Counted from the stretch's first letter, positions 14,160 to 25,804 are shown. The stretch is DNA of 64,000 nt from Eledone cirrhosa (GCA_964016885.1 OZ024741.1:236468001-236532000); one strand, 5' to 3'. Made by a program: numbers and translations. The notes: generated by a model not told the origin, from the letters alone.

Positions 14160-14249
14160 ACATTTGTACATTATTTTATGTACTATACATGCACCTGTGA
14201 TGAGTTGTAGTGCACCTGAGTATTGTATGCCATCATTTTCATTATTATT
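14160..14249 (+). mobile_element. 3' tip of CR1/L2-type LINE inserted into a SINE
   Basis: Matches 26676-26765 and 40751-40838 (GTTGTAGTGCACCTGAG..TTTCATTATT); the SINE sequence resumes after it. Confidence 0.75.
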
Positions 14250-14865
14250 TAAAAACATAAAGAATTGGAACAAATACTCATAGCATTTTGTTCAATGCTC
14301 AAACGATTTTCCAATCAACAACATAGATGAATAAAATAAGTTTTTAGTTTAATTAAAATAGGACTTGTTATGTATCACATGACAATTTATATTTGTTTTT
14401 TTTTTCTATTTTCTATTTCAGGGATGCTGACTGTTGTAATTCTGAGGTGTGAATGTAAGGAACATTGTTGAAGACTTTTCTGGAAAGATATTCCAGACAC
14501 TGCAAGGATCAGTATGGTAAATGTTGTTGCTTTTGATGCCACCACCACGACCTCCACCACCACCACCACCACCACTAAACAAGAGAGATGTACACAGTTT
14601 GGAGCATGTTATCTGCAGGTATATGACAGCCCTGGGAAGTGACAGAGACTTCTAGGTTTTGGCTGTCTCTTCTGACATTGAAAAAAAAGATATTTAAAAA
14701 AAGGAAAGAAAAGAACTAAAGAAAAAGTATCTTCCTTCCTCCCAAAAATTCTTCTGTTCTCTAACATAACTTGGAAGTTTATCTTTGTCACATTTCTTCT
14801 CCAAGTGAAATTAGAGAGCTTCTTCTGTATAGAACTTATTGGCTTCCACACATTGTCCATCCATC

Positions 14866-17013
14866 ATGTACCCCGCTCAGTTTATGTACGCCATGGGCAA
14901 CCATCAGCCCAACATTTACAGCCAACCCAGCAGCTTCTACCCAAATGAACATTTCTCAAAGTGCCACGAGAAGGGCCTTCTTCTGTCTGAAAAGTCTTTT
15001 GGTTCCGTTGGCAAGCAACACTCTCAGATGCCAGATTCTTATCGCAAGGATTTCTCCCCCGGCCTGAGCAGCCCGGACCACATGCATGACAGCAGTGGTC
15101 ACATGACACAGTCGATGAGGCCACTGGTGGCCCCACCTGGTGGCAATAGCGGAAACATGGGTAGCAACAACAGCAACAGTGATGGTGGTGGTGGTGGTGG
15201 TGGTAATGGTGGAGAAGGAGGAAGTTGTGGTGGTGGAACTGGCAACAACAACAACAGCAACAATAACAACAACAACAAACAGTACTATTGTACGTTCTGC
15301 AAGAAGGGCTTCTCACAGCAGATAAATCTAAAAACCCATGAACTGACTCATACTGCTGAAAAACCCTTCTGCTGTGCGACATGTGGCAGGGCTTTTGCCC
15401 AGAAGGCAGCCTTGCGGAACCACGAAAGAACCCACTCAGGCGAGAAGCCTTTCAGTTGTACTATTTGTAAAAAAAGCTTCACTCAACTTGGTAACTTGAG
15501 TACACACTTAAGGACTCATTCAGGGGAGAGGCCATTTAAATGTACAATATGTGAGAAAGCTTTTACCCAGCATGCAAATCTCAACATTCATCTTAGAACA
15601 CACACAGGGGAAAAACCTTACGAGTGCGAGACTTGTGGGAAACGGTTCTCCCAGAGGACGAACTTGGATAACCATAGGCGTATACACACTGGGGACATGT
15701 TCAAGTGCGCGTTTTGTGGGAAAGCGTTTACCCTGCAGATTAACCTGAGGAGTCATGAACGCATTCATACTGGAGAGAAACCGTACAAATGTTCGTTTTG
15801 TGGACGGGACTTTTCGCAGCAGACTGCTCTCAAAAACCACGAACGGATCCATACAGGGGACAAACCATACAGCTGTTCGGTGTGTGTGAAGGCGTTCAGT
15901 CAGCTGGGCAACCTTAACATCCACATGCGAACACACACCGGTGTCAAACCGTATTCGTGCGATCTATGTGGCAAGTGTTTCTCTCAGAGAACCAATCTAA
16001 ACAACCACCGGCGGACGCACACCGGTGACCTCTTCAAGTGTTCGATGTGTTCGAAGGCGTTCAGCTTGGAGATCGGTCTCCGCAACCACGAACGAGTGCA
16101 CACTGGTGAGAAACCTTACTACTGTACTGTGTGCAACAAGACGTTTGCACAGCGTGGGAATCTAAAAACTCACCTTAGGGTACACACTGGCGAAAAGCCG
16201 TACCAGTGTGACGTGTGTGGGAAAAGCTTCTCACAGAGGGCCAACCTGAACAATCATAAACGCACCCGCACTGGATGTGAACTTTTCACCAAAAATCCAC
16301 CTACTTCCATGTCTCTGTCCTCACAGACATCCTCCTCAAATTCAGTGACCCCACTGAGTCTAGTGCCCGGCATGTCTGCCCAAGCATCAGCAGCGGCAGC
16401 GGCAGCAGCAGCAGCAGCAAGAATCAAAGAATCCGGCCACATCAAAACGCCACCATCTTCTACACCAACGCCGTTCAATGGTAACGATGGTTCAACTGGT
16501 GGCACACCCACAGACAATGGTGCCGCCTCCTCGTCGGCTGCCAACAACAGGGGCAGTTGCCATGGCAACACCAAACAGGACCCGCTGCATCTCTCCACGT
16601 CGGACTCCCAAAAGACAACCCCTGGCCTGAAGAACAGTGGGCTGGACCCCAACCTGCTCAGTCCAGACAGTGTTGCCATGAACGGCACAGGAAATGAGCA
16701 CCAACCCCAGACGTCGCCCCACCCTCATCTCAACCCACACCCACATCACCCGAGTGCCGTCAGGCTGCAGACGCCAGCAGTGACCACTTCATGGATGACA
16801 TCTGCCTACCTCCATGAGATGCCGCAGAGCTGGGAGAACAACTATTTATGGGCAAGGGGCTTCCCTGTCACCCACATGTCCAGCAGTGGGTGGCCAAATA
16901 TGCCCAATACGTTTCCAGGTAGCATGAAGCACAAACAGAACTCTTGGCCCAGCATTCAAGACATGAGTACCTCATCAAAGGGTCACACCGTTGACCCAAA
17001 CTCCACAAAATAG
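14866..17013 (+). CDS. C2H2 zinc-finger transcription factor ZNF-A (11 canonical fingers + 1 atypical; poly-G, poly-N, poly-A tracts)
   Basis: Uninterrupted ORF with first ATG at 14866 (the track start at 14839 is TTG); CxxC-x12-HxxxH fingers with TGEKP linkers at about 15283-16280; strong splice acceptor TTTTCTATTTCAG at 14421. Confidence 0.95.
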   Translation: MYPAQFMYAMGNHQPNIYSQPSSFYPNEHFSKCHEKGLLLSEKSFGSVGKQHSQMPDSYRKDFSPGLSSPDHMHDSSGHMTQSMRPLVAPPGGNSGNMGSNNSNSDGGGGGGGNGGEGGSCGGGTGNNNNSNNNNNNKQYYCTFCKKGFSQQINLKTHELTHTAEKPFCCATCGRAFAQKAALRNHERTHSGEKPFSCTICKKSFTQLGNLSTHLRTHSGERPFKCTICEKAFTQHANLNIHLRTHTGEKPYECETCGKRFSQRTNLDNHRRIHTGDMFKCAFCGKAFTLQINLRSHERIHTGEKPYKCSFCGRDFSQQTALKNHERIHTGDKPYSCSVCVKAFSQLGNLNIHMRTHTGVKPYSCDLCGKCFSQRTNLNNHRRTHTGDLFKCSMCSKAFSLEIGLRNHERVHTGEKPYYCTVCNKTFAQRGNLKTHLRVHTGEKPYQCDVCGKSFSQRANLNNHKRTRTGCELFTKNPPTSMSLSSQTSSSNSVTPLSLVPGMSAQASAAAAAAAAAARIKESGHIKTPPSSTPTPFNGNDGSTGGTPTDNGAASSSAANNRGSCHGNTKQDPLHLSTSDSQKTTPGLKNSGLDPNLLSPDSVAMNGTGNEHQPQTSPHPHLNPHPHHPSAVRLQTPAVTTSWMTSAYLHEMPQSWENNYLWARGFPVTHMSSSGWPNMPNTFPGSMKHKQNSWPSIQDMSTSSKGHTVDPNSTK

Positions 17014-17199
17014 CAGGATAGACATGAGGTCATGTCATTGCCCTCTCACTCACTTTATTAATAATTTGTTACTCTTTCTCTCTTGCTCTCTCTCACTATT
17101 CCCTTCTTTTCCTCTTATCTACTCCCCTCTCTCTCTCACTCTTTATTTCCCTTTCGCTATCTTTCCGACATCTTTGTATAGTCTTTATTGTTGTTCTTG

Positions 17200-17630
17200 T
17201 TGTCTTTGTCACCACCATCACTATCAACATTACCATCACCACCATTACCACCATCATCTTCAACATTACCACTATCATCTATCTACATTATATCATCATT
17301 ATCACTACCTCCTCTATCATCATCATCATGACCGTCACCACTAACATTATCATCAACATTGTCATCACCAATCACAATGTTGTTATCATTGCCATTGTTG
17401 TTGTTTTTGTTGTTTGTAGTCTTGTCAAAGTTTATGGCTGAGGTAATCACCTTCATCTGGTCATCACCATCATCTCACAACCATCCTCATCATCCACCAC
17501 CAGTACCACCCTCATCATCCATCACCACCCATCACTTTCATCTCATCCAACCACCACTCATCATTATCATGGTCATCACTACCACCACCACCACCACCAC
17601 AGCCACCACCCTTACCCCCCCCCACTATCA
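17200..17630. repeat. (CAT)n/(CAC)n low-complexity tract in probable 3' UTR
   Basis: Direct reading. Confidence 0.8.
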
Positions 17631-18210
17631 TCCTTAAAGCCAGTGTTATAGAAAATTGTGTCAACTACCACCAGTATAATTTTGGAGCTTGTTTTATTGA
17701 CCCCTAAGGGGATAAGAAGCAACATCTACCTTTACAGCATTTGAACTCAGTATGTGGGACACCAAAATGCAGATAAACACAGAACAATACATAGTTCTAG
17801 CTATGATGTCATTTGTGCCAAATATCAGAATTTAGTAACAACAACAACATCTGCATAGACAAGGAGCCTCTATGTAGTCACCGAACTTGCAAGAAATAAC
17901 AGCTACATTGGATAATGTAGTCCAAGATACAGAAGGCCTAGAAATGAAAAAGCAAACAAATAAATAGATTGTCACAGCTGAAACATTTTTGATCATCAGT
18001 CTGCTCAGTTGGGGCTTATTTTTCAAAGTGAGGGAGGGGAATAGAAGGCTAAATGACAACAAATATGATAATAATAAATAACAATAATGCTTTTTTTAAA
18101 ATTCATTCCTCTCATCTCGGGCCAAGCATGTGCTTGTCCAAATCACCGTCATTCCCGAGAGCCAAATCTAAAACAGTATATACATATATTATTGTTCTGC
18201 CTTGACTTAG

Positions 18211-18594
18211 TTAACTCTTAACATCCTGTAACATATGAAACAGCATTAGGAAGACATTGTTGAAAAATACAAAACTGTACTATGATTGCATTACTTTACT
18301 TTAGTTTTACAGTTAGTTTTTACATTGTCTATTACTAATATGAATAAATCTGATTTTAGATATTTTCTGCTAAATCATTACAGAGCGTTAAAAATTCGCT
18401 CTTAACACCCTCTACTGCATGAAGCCTCATTAACAAGACATTTTTGAAAAGTACGAAACATTGAGGATTGAAATGTTTGATACAGCAAATTTTCACAAGG
18501 ATCTGTTTACTGTAAGGAAATTATAAACATTTGAATTAACAAACCCATTTTTTTCATATTTTCTGCTAAATCAGTACAGGTTGTTAAGAGTTAA
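18211..18594. mobile_element. TTAA-bounded MITE with internal duplication
   Basis: TTAACTCTTAACATCCTGTA ... TACAGGTTGTTAAGAGTTAA; internal CTCTTAACA and TATTTTCTGCTAAATCA each occur twice, giving a dimer. Confidence 0.7.
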
Positions 18595-19715
18595 ATCCTT
18601 TTAAGTGAAACACATCCCATAATCTCTTCCAGCCTCCATCTGTTCATCTACCTATATAGTTTGTTTACTGGTCAGTGTTTTCATAGTTGTCACGGAGATT
18701 AAAGCTGGTGATGCTGGTGGTCTTGGTGAAGGTCACACATCCCCCTCCTATCATTCATGCCCCTCTTATCACACATGTCCCTACTTTCATCATTCTAGCT
18801 TTCCATATCTTCTACTCTCATCACTATAATAACAACAATAATAATAATTTCTTACATACATGATGTATGTAATTAATAATAATGATAATATTAATTGTGT
18901 CATTTCTGTGCTGGCATCTTTTTTTCGTTTTTTCTTTTTAATATTTTGTTATGAAGTTCTATTGTTACCACCACTACCACCACCGCCACCGATCCACCCA
19001 CCTATCAAGGTCTACTCCATCCTGACCATCCATCCCATTACATCATGCAAAAATAAATTTACAAAATAAATAATTATCATTATTATTATTGTTATTATTT
19101 TTATTACCATTAATTATAATTAGTGGTTGCTCCCCTTTCCTTCCATTTCCTTACCCTGTGGTACATCTGTGGGTGGGGGATTATAGCATTGGTTAACTGA
19201 ATTTGCAGATCGCACCTCACCCCCTCCTTGGGGTGAGGTTTGGATTCCTGATTGGGAACGGTGTTGTTTGCTTGTGTATGTTTTTTTACTTAAACAAAAT
19301 TTTTTTTTTTATACATACATTGCTAATTGCATCCTCTGCCTCCTCCTGTTTCCAACCATTAAGAACCTGATGGATGCCACCACTTCCCAACTCTGTCACT
19401 TCAATAAGCTAATTTATGAGGAACAGAAATCATTATTTTTTAAAATCATATTTTCATTTCAAGCTTTGTTTTGTCAGCCCCCACCCAACCCACCCACAAA
19501 CTCTCCCTAAAACTGTGAATTGTAATTTCAAGTATTTTGACATTTTTAATCACTTAACAAACAGAAGGAAAAAATAATAATTAATGATTGGAAAAAAAAA
19601 ATGAAAAATATAACGAACATTTGTGTAAAATATATAAAAGAATAAAAACATAAAACATTGTATGTGTTGTTAGATTGGATGTGATACATTGCTATGTGGG
19701 GAGTTTGTGATACCT

Positions 19716-19900
19716 CACTGTATGGAGGAGTGTAACACACCACTATGGAAGAGTGTAACACCACTGTATGGAGGAGTGTAACACAGCACTATGGAAGAGT
19801 GTAACACTACTGTATGGAGGAATGTAACGCCACTGTGGAAGAGTGTAACACACCACTGTATGAAGGAGTTTGACACCACTGTACAGAAGAGTGTAACACT
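19716..19900. repeat. ~22 bp minisatellite CACTGTATGGAGGAGTGTAACAC, about 8 copies
   Basis: Direct reading. Confidence 0.9.
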
Positions 19901-20364
19901 ATTGTGATACAGACAGAAACGATCCCCTAAATAAGGGACCTCACTTGAATGCTTGCAACAGGGTGGACTCCACTAAAGGTGGTTAAGTGGTGGTGGTTGG
20001 TAGACCAGGTAATACATTATATTTACCACCTAAGTAAGCCTTTGAAATCAACTTTATAGCAGCTAAATTCCTCTCAAACTTCAACCTACTGTCTTTAAAG
20101 ATGGACGACTATGCTACATTGTATATGTAAAAAAAAAAAGGGCTCAGCTGGAATGCTTTCAGTGCAATGGTAAGTCTGTTTGTTCAAAGCTGACCTAGAG
20201 CAAAACACTACAACTTTTGTTAAGGTGCTCCTCAAGTGATAAAATTTTGCAAGGGAGATAAATAAAGGGAGACTACACACTAGAAAACTTCCCTATTTAC
20301 TTGAGATTGTTGTGAGGAAGATGAGTTATTTTAGAATGCATTTGAATATCGTTTAGGCGAGGTC

Positions 20365-21310
20365 ATTATCATCATTTCCGTTTAACATCAATTTTTCCAT
20401 GTTTGTATGGGTTAGATGGGGAGCAGAGCTGGCCGTGTGTCGCACATTGCTCCAGCGGGGACTAAATTTGACTGGGTATTTTACAGCTGGATGCCCTTCC
20501 TAACAACAACCACGTTTACAGTGTGGAACTGGATGACTCCGTTATGAGGAGGGACAGGCCAACTGGCCACGTTGAACCCCTCTCAAAACGGAACCATGTT
20601 TTCGGAGCACAACCCATCACACAGTGGAACCATAGTTTAGGAGCCTAACCCATTGCACAACATTACCACAGTTTTGGGGCCTAGTATTGGATAACACCGC
20701 TATGAGGAGGGACTGGTGCAGAACCACAGTTTGGGAGCCTGGCATTGGATGGGACCAGTGATACCACTATGAGGAGAGATGGGCCGTGCCGAACCCTTCT
20801 CACAGGACACCAGTTTCAAAGCTGGGCACTCTGCATGCGACGGACACTTCTCAGTAAGAAACTGGACTCTGGCAGCCTGGGACTGGATGGCACCACTATG
20901 AGGAAGGACAGGCCAGTTGGCTGCGCCACCCTTCACACAGCAGAACCTCAATTCAGGTATTGGATACCATGTGGCACAGTTCAGGTATTGGATTCCATGA
21001 TGGCACCACTATGCGAAGAGGCCAGTTGGAACCCTGTACTGGATGGCACCGATATGAGGAGCCTAATCCATCTCTCAGTGTAGTCATAGCTTCGTGGCAC
21101 CATGAAGAAGGACAGGTCAGCTGGCCGTGCCGAACCCACCACAGCATAACCATAGTTGAGGGGTTCGATACTGGATGACGCCGCTATGAGGAAGGATAGG
21201 TACGGGACCGCAGTATGGGAGCCTGGCTTACAGTAGGAACACAGTTTTTTTGTTTTATGGAACCCGGCACTGGATGGGACCACTCAGGGAAGGGACAGGC
21301 CAACAGGAAC
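20365..21310 (-). mobile_element. RTE-type 3' tail followed by an array of TGGATGGCACCACTATGAGGA(G/A)GGA motifs
   Basis: RTE tail signature at 20370-20525, then about 8 motif copies with variable spacing. Confidence 0.6.
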
Positions 21311-21796
21311 ACACACAATCTCACTTCACCTACCTTTCTGTGTCCCTACCTTGATGGTTACTTTTCTGAAGTCATGGGTGGGCACCTGGTGGTGGATGAT
21401 ATATTTGGGCCAGTTATTTGTGCCCGGTTTGGTGCTTGCATCGTGACATTGTTCAGCATTAATATTACTTACTGGTCAACGCTATTTGCATGTGTTAGTG
21501 GCTGCTAAATTAATAATATGTTTCTTTTGGGGGGAGGAAGTTAATAGGATTAGAAGATGGTTGCCTCCATGGGTGTGGAGGTGTATACGTAATGTGTTTA
21601 GGTTTATATGGCGGTCTCATTTTTTATTGGATTTTGTTATGGTGGAGTGTTGGGGAGAGTTTGTGGGAAATATACCTATGATAATTGAGACACTTTTTTT
21701 GGCTATAGACTACTACACGTGTTATGATTAAAATATTCTAACTAACTATTTACTTAAGCAATATGACAAAATAAACATACAAAAATGAATATATAA

Positions 21797-21832
<36 letters not shown>

Positions 21833-21834
21833 TT

Positions 21835-22029
21835 CCATGTAGGTAACACGGTAAAAACCTCCCAGTCCACACTGTAAACGTGGTTGGTGTTAGGAAGGGC
21901 ATCCAGATGTAGAAAACCTGCCAGACAGTCCTATATGAGCAAGACAACCAATCTTGCCTCAAGTGGGACAATTCCTGTCTAAACCCATGCTAGTGTGAAA
22001 GATAGACGTTAAACGATGATGATGATGAT
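21835..22029 (+). mobile_element. 5'-truncated RTE 3' end with (GAT)n tail
   Basis: ..GGAAGGGCATCCAG..CCCATGCTAG..GACGTTAAACGATGATGAT. Confidence 0.85.
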
Positions 22030-22078
22030 CATTTTTGTATGTTTATTTTGTCATATTATTTTTATATATTATATATAA

Positions 22079-25000
22079 TATCATCATCATCGTTTAACGT
22101 CTATCTTCCACGCTAGCATGGGTTAGAGAGGGGTTGTTCCACTTGAGGCAAGATCGGTCAGGTGACTGTGCCTCGCTCGTATAGGACTATCTGACAGGTT
22201 TTTTACAGCTGGATGCCCTTCCTAACACCAACCACATTTACAGTGTGGACTGGGAGCTTTTTACCGTGTCACCTACATGACCACATTACAGAATGGACTG
22301 TGTTTTTTTGTTGTGATACCTTCACGACCTCATTAGTTTCGACTGGATGTTGTGGTACCAACATAACTTTACAGAGAGAGGGTGGTGTTAGTGGCAGTGG
22401 AAGGATGGAGTAGGGGTAGTGGGTTGGGGTGTATATTTGGTTAAGAGGTGCCTACTGACTGTAGATTTCGCTTTGTACATAGGCAAGGGGGGGTCTTCTA
22501 TATTATTGTGTGGCGCCAAAGATCTCGGTCCAGAGACATTGTCTTAGAGAGGTGCAAGTGTGTAAGGTCAGAATTTATCAAATCATCCCAGGTTTTTCTG
22601 GGTCTACCTACTCTGTAACTTCCCTCAATTTTGATCACCCTGCACTTTTTATACAGCTGTTGTCTTTCATGCGCATCACATGACCATACCAATGTAGTCT
22701 TCTCTCAAGCAAACAGTATCTGATCCCTCTTATTCCTAATTTCTCACTTAATTCATTTATGTTTTGCCGTTCGCGTATATTACTATTACACATCCAACGG
22801 AGCATACATGCTTCATTCCTTTCCAGTCTGTGCAGGTCCTCTGCCCACAATGCCCATGTCTCACTACCATGTAACATTGCTGTTCGTACACAAGCATCAT
22901 ACAATCTACCTTTCATTTTCAGAGAGAAACCTTTTGTGGCCAACAGCGTTATAAGCTCTCTGAACTTTTTCCTTCCCTTTCTGACTCTGGCTACTGTACT
23001 TTCAGAACACCCTCCACCACTGCTGATTTTGTCACCCAGATAACGGAAAGTATCCACTATTTCTATAGAACCATCTGGGCAATAGAAGGAGCTAGTATCC
23101 TGTGGGCACTTGCTACTTATTGCACCTGAGCATCAGCCACATATAAAATCTACGTTCTTAGATAGCTTACCTGTGATCCCACTACATCTTTTATGTACCC
23201 ATAGTTTGCATTTGGGACATAAAATGGAATTTCTACCTACTCCTTTCCTACAGACTGAACATGGCTATTTCCCAGAGGGCACCTGTGCCCTATTTTTCTT
23301 TCTACATACTAGAACTTTAGTCTTAGACAAGTTAACTTTAAGGCCTTTTGATTCTAGGCCATGCTTCCATGTTTGGAATTTCTTCTCTAGTTCAGCCATA
23401 GTTTCAGCTAGAGTTAGATCATCTGCATATAGAAATTCTCATGGGCAACCAGTCTTAAACTCTTGTTATAGCCTGAAGGGCATTAATAAATAGGAGTGGG
23501 CTAAGGACACAGCCTTGATGAACACCAACTTTTACACTAAATTCTTCACTATATTCATTGTTAATTCTAACCTTACTGACTGTTTATTTATACATGGCTT
23601 GTATAGCTCTCACAAGCCATTCATCTACACCTAGTTTTCTAAGAGCCCACCAGATAATGGAGCGGGGGGCTCTGTCAAAGGCTTTCTCCAGGTGTACAAA
23701 AGCTAAGTAGAGGGGTTTACTTTTAACTAGGTACTTATCCTGTATTTGTCATACAAGGAAAAGAGCATCTGTGGTACTTTACCTGATACAAACCCAAACT
23801 GCATTTCATCTAGATCAATTCGATCTCTGATTAGTTGCGCTATAACTCTTTCGGTGACCTTCATGACCTGGTCAACTAACTTAATGCCTCTATAGCTTCC
23901 CCTATCTAGAGCATCTCCTTTACCCTTGTAGCAGTTAATGATGCTGCTTCTAAGACAGTCATTTGGTATGACCCCATTTTGTATTACTTGGTTTACTATC
24001 TGGGTGACCATAGTATGTCCCACCATTCCAGATGCTTTTAACATCTCAGCAACTATCTCCAAAGGCCCAGCTGCCTTGCCTGTCTTCATATCTTTGATTG
24101 TCTTACTTATTATATTACCTTTAGCTTGCACCGCTGGTCCCTCTATTGGATCGATTTAGGGCAGACTATCTTTTTCCCATTTATTCTCCTCATTTAGTAG
24201 TCGCTTGTAGTGACACTTCCAAACTACCTTCTTATCAGCGTGAGTGAGGGCAAATACACCATTATCATTACGGACACACTTCTTCCCGACAATAACACGG
24301 GTTTCCTTGACACATTGTCTTGCAATCCTGAACACCTCACGTATTTGGTCCTCATGTAGAACATGCTTGAACTTTCTATCCTTTGTTTCCCTTCTTGCAA
24401 AGTACACTTGTTTCCTAGCTTCTCCCCTGGCCACTTGATAGTGTTCTCTACTTTCCCCATCCCACCATACTTTCCAAGCCTGCTTTTTGGCCTTGATTGT
24501 CTCCTCCACCTTACTGTTCCACCACCAAGTTACTCTCCTCCTGCCAATAGGTCTGCTCCAGCCACAGATTTCATCTGTCGCCTTCAGCAGGTTAACTTTC
24601 AAGAACTCCCACTGTTTCTCTATATTGTACTTCCTTACTGTCAAAAGCATCACATAATATGCTTTTAAATTTGTTACTGACTGTGGGGTCCTTCAACTTC
24701 CATATTCTTCTCCTCAGGGTAGTCATCCTCTGCCGTCGACTACATCTAGTCCTGACTATGAGGTCACTAACTATGAGGCTATGTTGGGAGGTGCATTCTT
24801 CACGGGGAAGGGATTTAGTGTTTACAACAGACACTCTGTCACGTCTTCTAGTAAGGATATAATCTATCTGGCTGGGGTGTTCCCCTGATCTATAGGTGAT
24901 CAAGTGATTATCTCATTTTTTGAAGTTTGTGTTACAGATAGATAGGTTATTTGCGTCACAGAATTCCAGGATTCTGAAGCCTTCCTCATTTCTAGTATCA

Positions 25001-25740
25001 AACCCATAGCCTCCATGGATTCCGTCATAGCCATCACAATGTTTTCCAACATGACCACTTAGGTCGCCAGCAATAATTATGCAGTCACTGTTGGTTATTT
25101 GGGAGGTAGTGAGCATTAGCAACTCATAGAACCTGTCCTTTATAACGCCAGGCAGTCCAGATTGGGGCGCATAAGCGGATAGTTGTATTTAGAACTAGTC
25201 TTATTTTAATTATTCTGTCGTTCACTCTATTTACGGCAATTACCTTATCTACCCATTTTTCAGCTAACACAATTCCTACTCCACCCAGCCCATTGTCATT
25301 TCCCACCCAGAAAAGTTTATAGCATCGTTTTTTACCCACAATGAATCTAGCAGACCCACCTCTCCACCCAGTCTCTTGAACCCAACAAACATCAACATCC
25401 TTACATTCAAGCATCTCTACAACCTCATTTGAGCGACCTTGCAAAGTGCCTACCAACTCTGAAGTTTTGGATTTCGTTGGGTGGGTGGAAGGGATGGGTT
25501 GGAGGTGCAGGGAGGGGTGTAGGAGATAGAATTATGTTGGCCATCCGTGTCTGAAATAAAGAGGAGTTCTTGCATTCTCGTCCGGCAGCGGAAGGTGAAT
25601 TTATCTTTATCTTTGACATTGTCATTGAGTGTTCAGATTGTTCAGACTCTCCAAATTCTGTAGTCCATTTAGCATATAGAAAAGCAACCGGGTCTAAACT
25701 TAAGGAGTAATAGGCGGTGGCTTTGTGATAGAGATTAGTA
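22079..25740 (-). mobile_element. Near full-length decayed RTE-clade LINE (APE endonuclease + RT)
   Basis: Minus ORF pieces: VGTLQGRS..VQETGW..GVGIVL, IIAGDL, SQIDYIL, SQH (endonuclease); KGKGDALDRGSYRGIKL, QFGFV, LLYADDL, FRYLG, HGSETW, GRPRKTW (RT and C-terminus); (GAT)n tail at 22079-22091; several frameshifts. Confidence 0.95.
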
Positions 25741-25768
25741 AATATATATATATATATTATATATATAT

Positions 25769-25804
25769 TAGCGTGGAAGATAGACGTTAAATGATGATGA
25801 TGAT
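25769..25804 (+). mobile_element. Extremely truncated RTE tail
   Basis: AGCGTGGAAGATAGACGTTAAATGATGATGATGATG. Confidence 0.7.

Larger units (their letters stand above)
10500..14330. mobile_element. Dense cluster of more than 10 tRNA-derived SINE copies (Nin/Deu-type core), mostly minus strand
   Basis: Repeated GATGAAAGGCAAAGTTGACCTCGG..GGATTTGAACTCAGAA on minus (e.g. 10610, 10815, 11120, 11320, 11895, 13935) and plus copies at 12665-12768 and 12895-13100. Confidence 0.8.

Noticed and set aside
14882-16749. Antisense and alternative-frame ORFs over ZNF-A
   Set aside because: Shadows of the real CDS and its triplet repeats.
16991-17637. His/Thr-rich ORFs after ZNF-A
   Set aside because: (CAT/CAC)n low complexity in the probable 3' UTR.
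20525-21310. CRISPR array, or protein-coding ORFs 20700-21283
   Set aside because: Repeats are degenerate, spacers vary widely and share sub-motifs; ORFs occur on both strands with no domain signature.
21310-21730. Possible LINE ORF1 or gene fragment
   Set aside because: No motif I can identify with confidence in any frame.
22079-25740. Active autonomous RTE element
   Set aside because: The ORF is broken by multiple frameshifts and stops.
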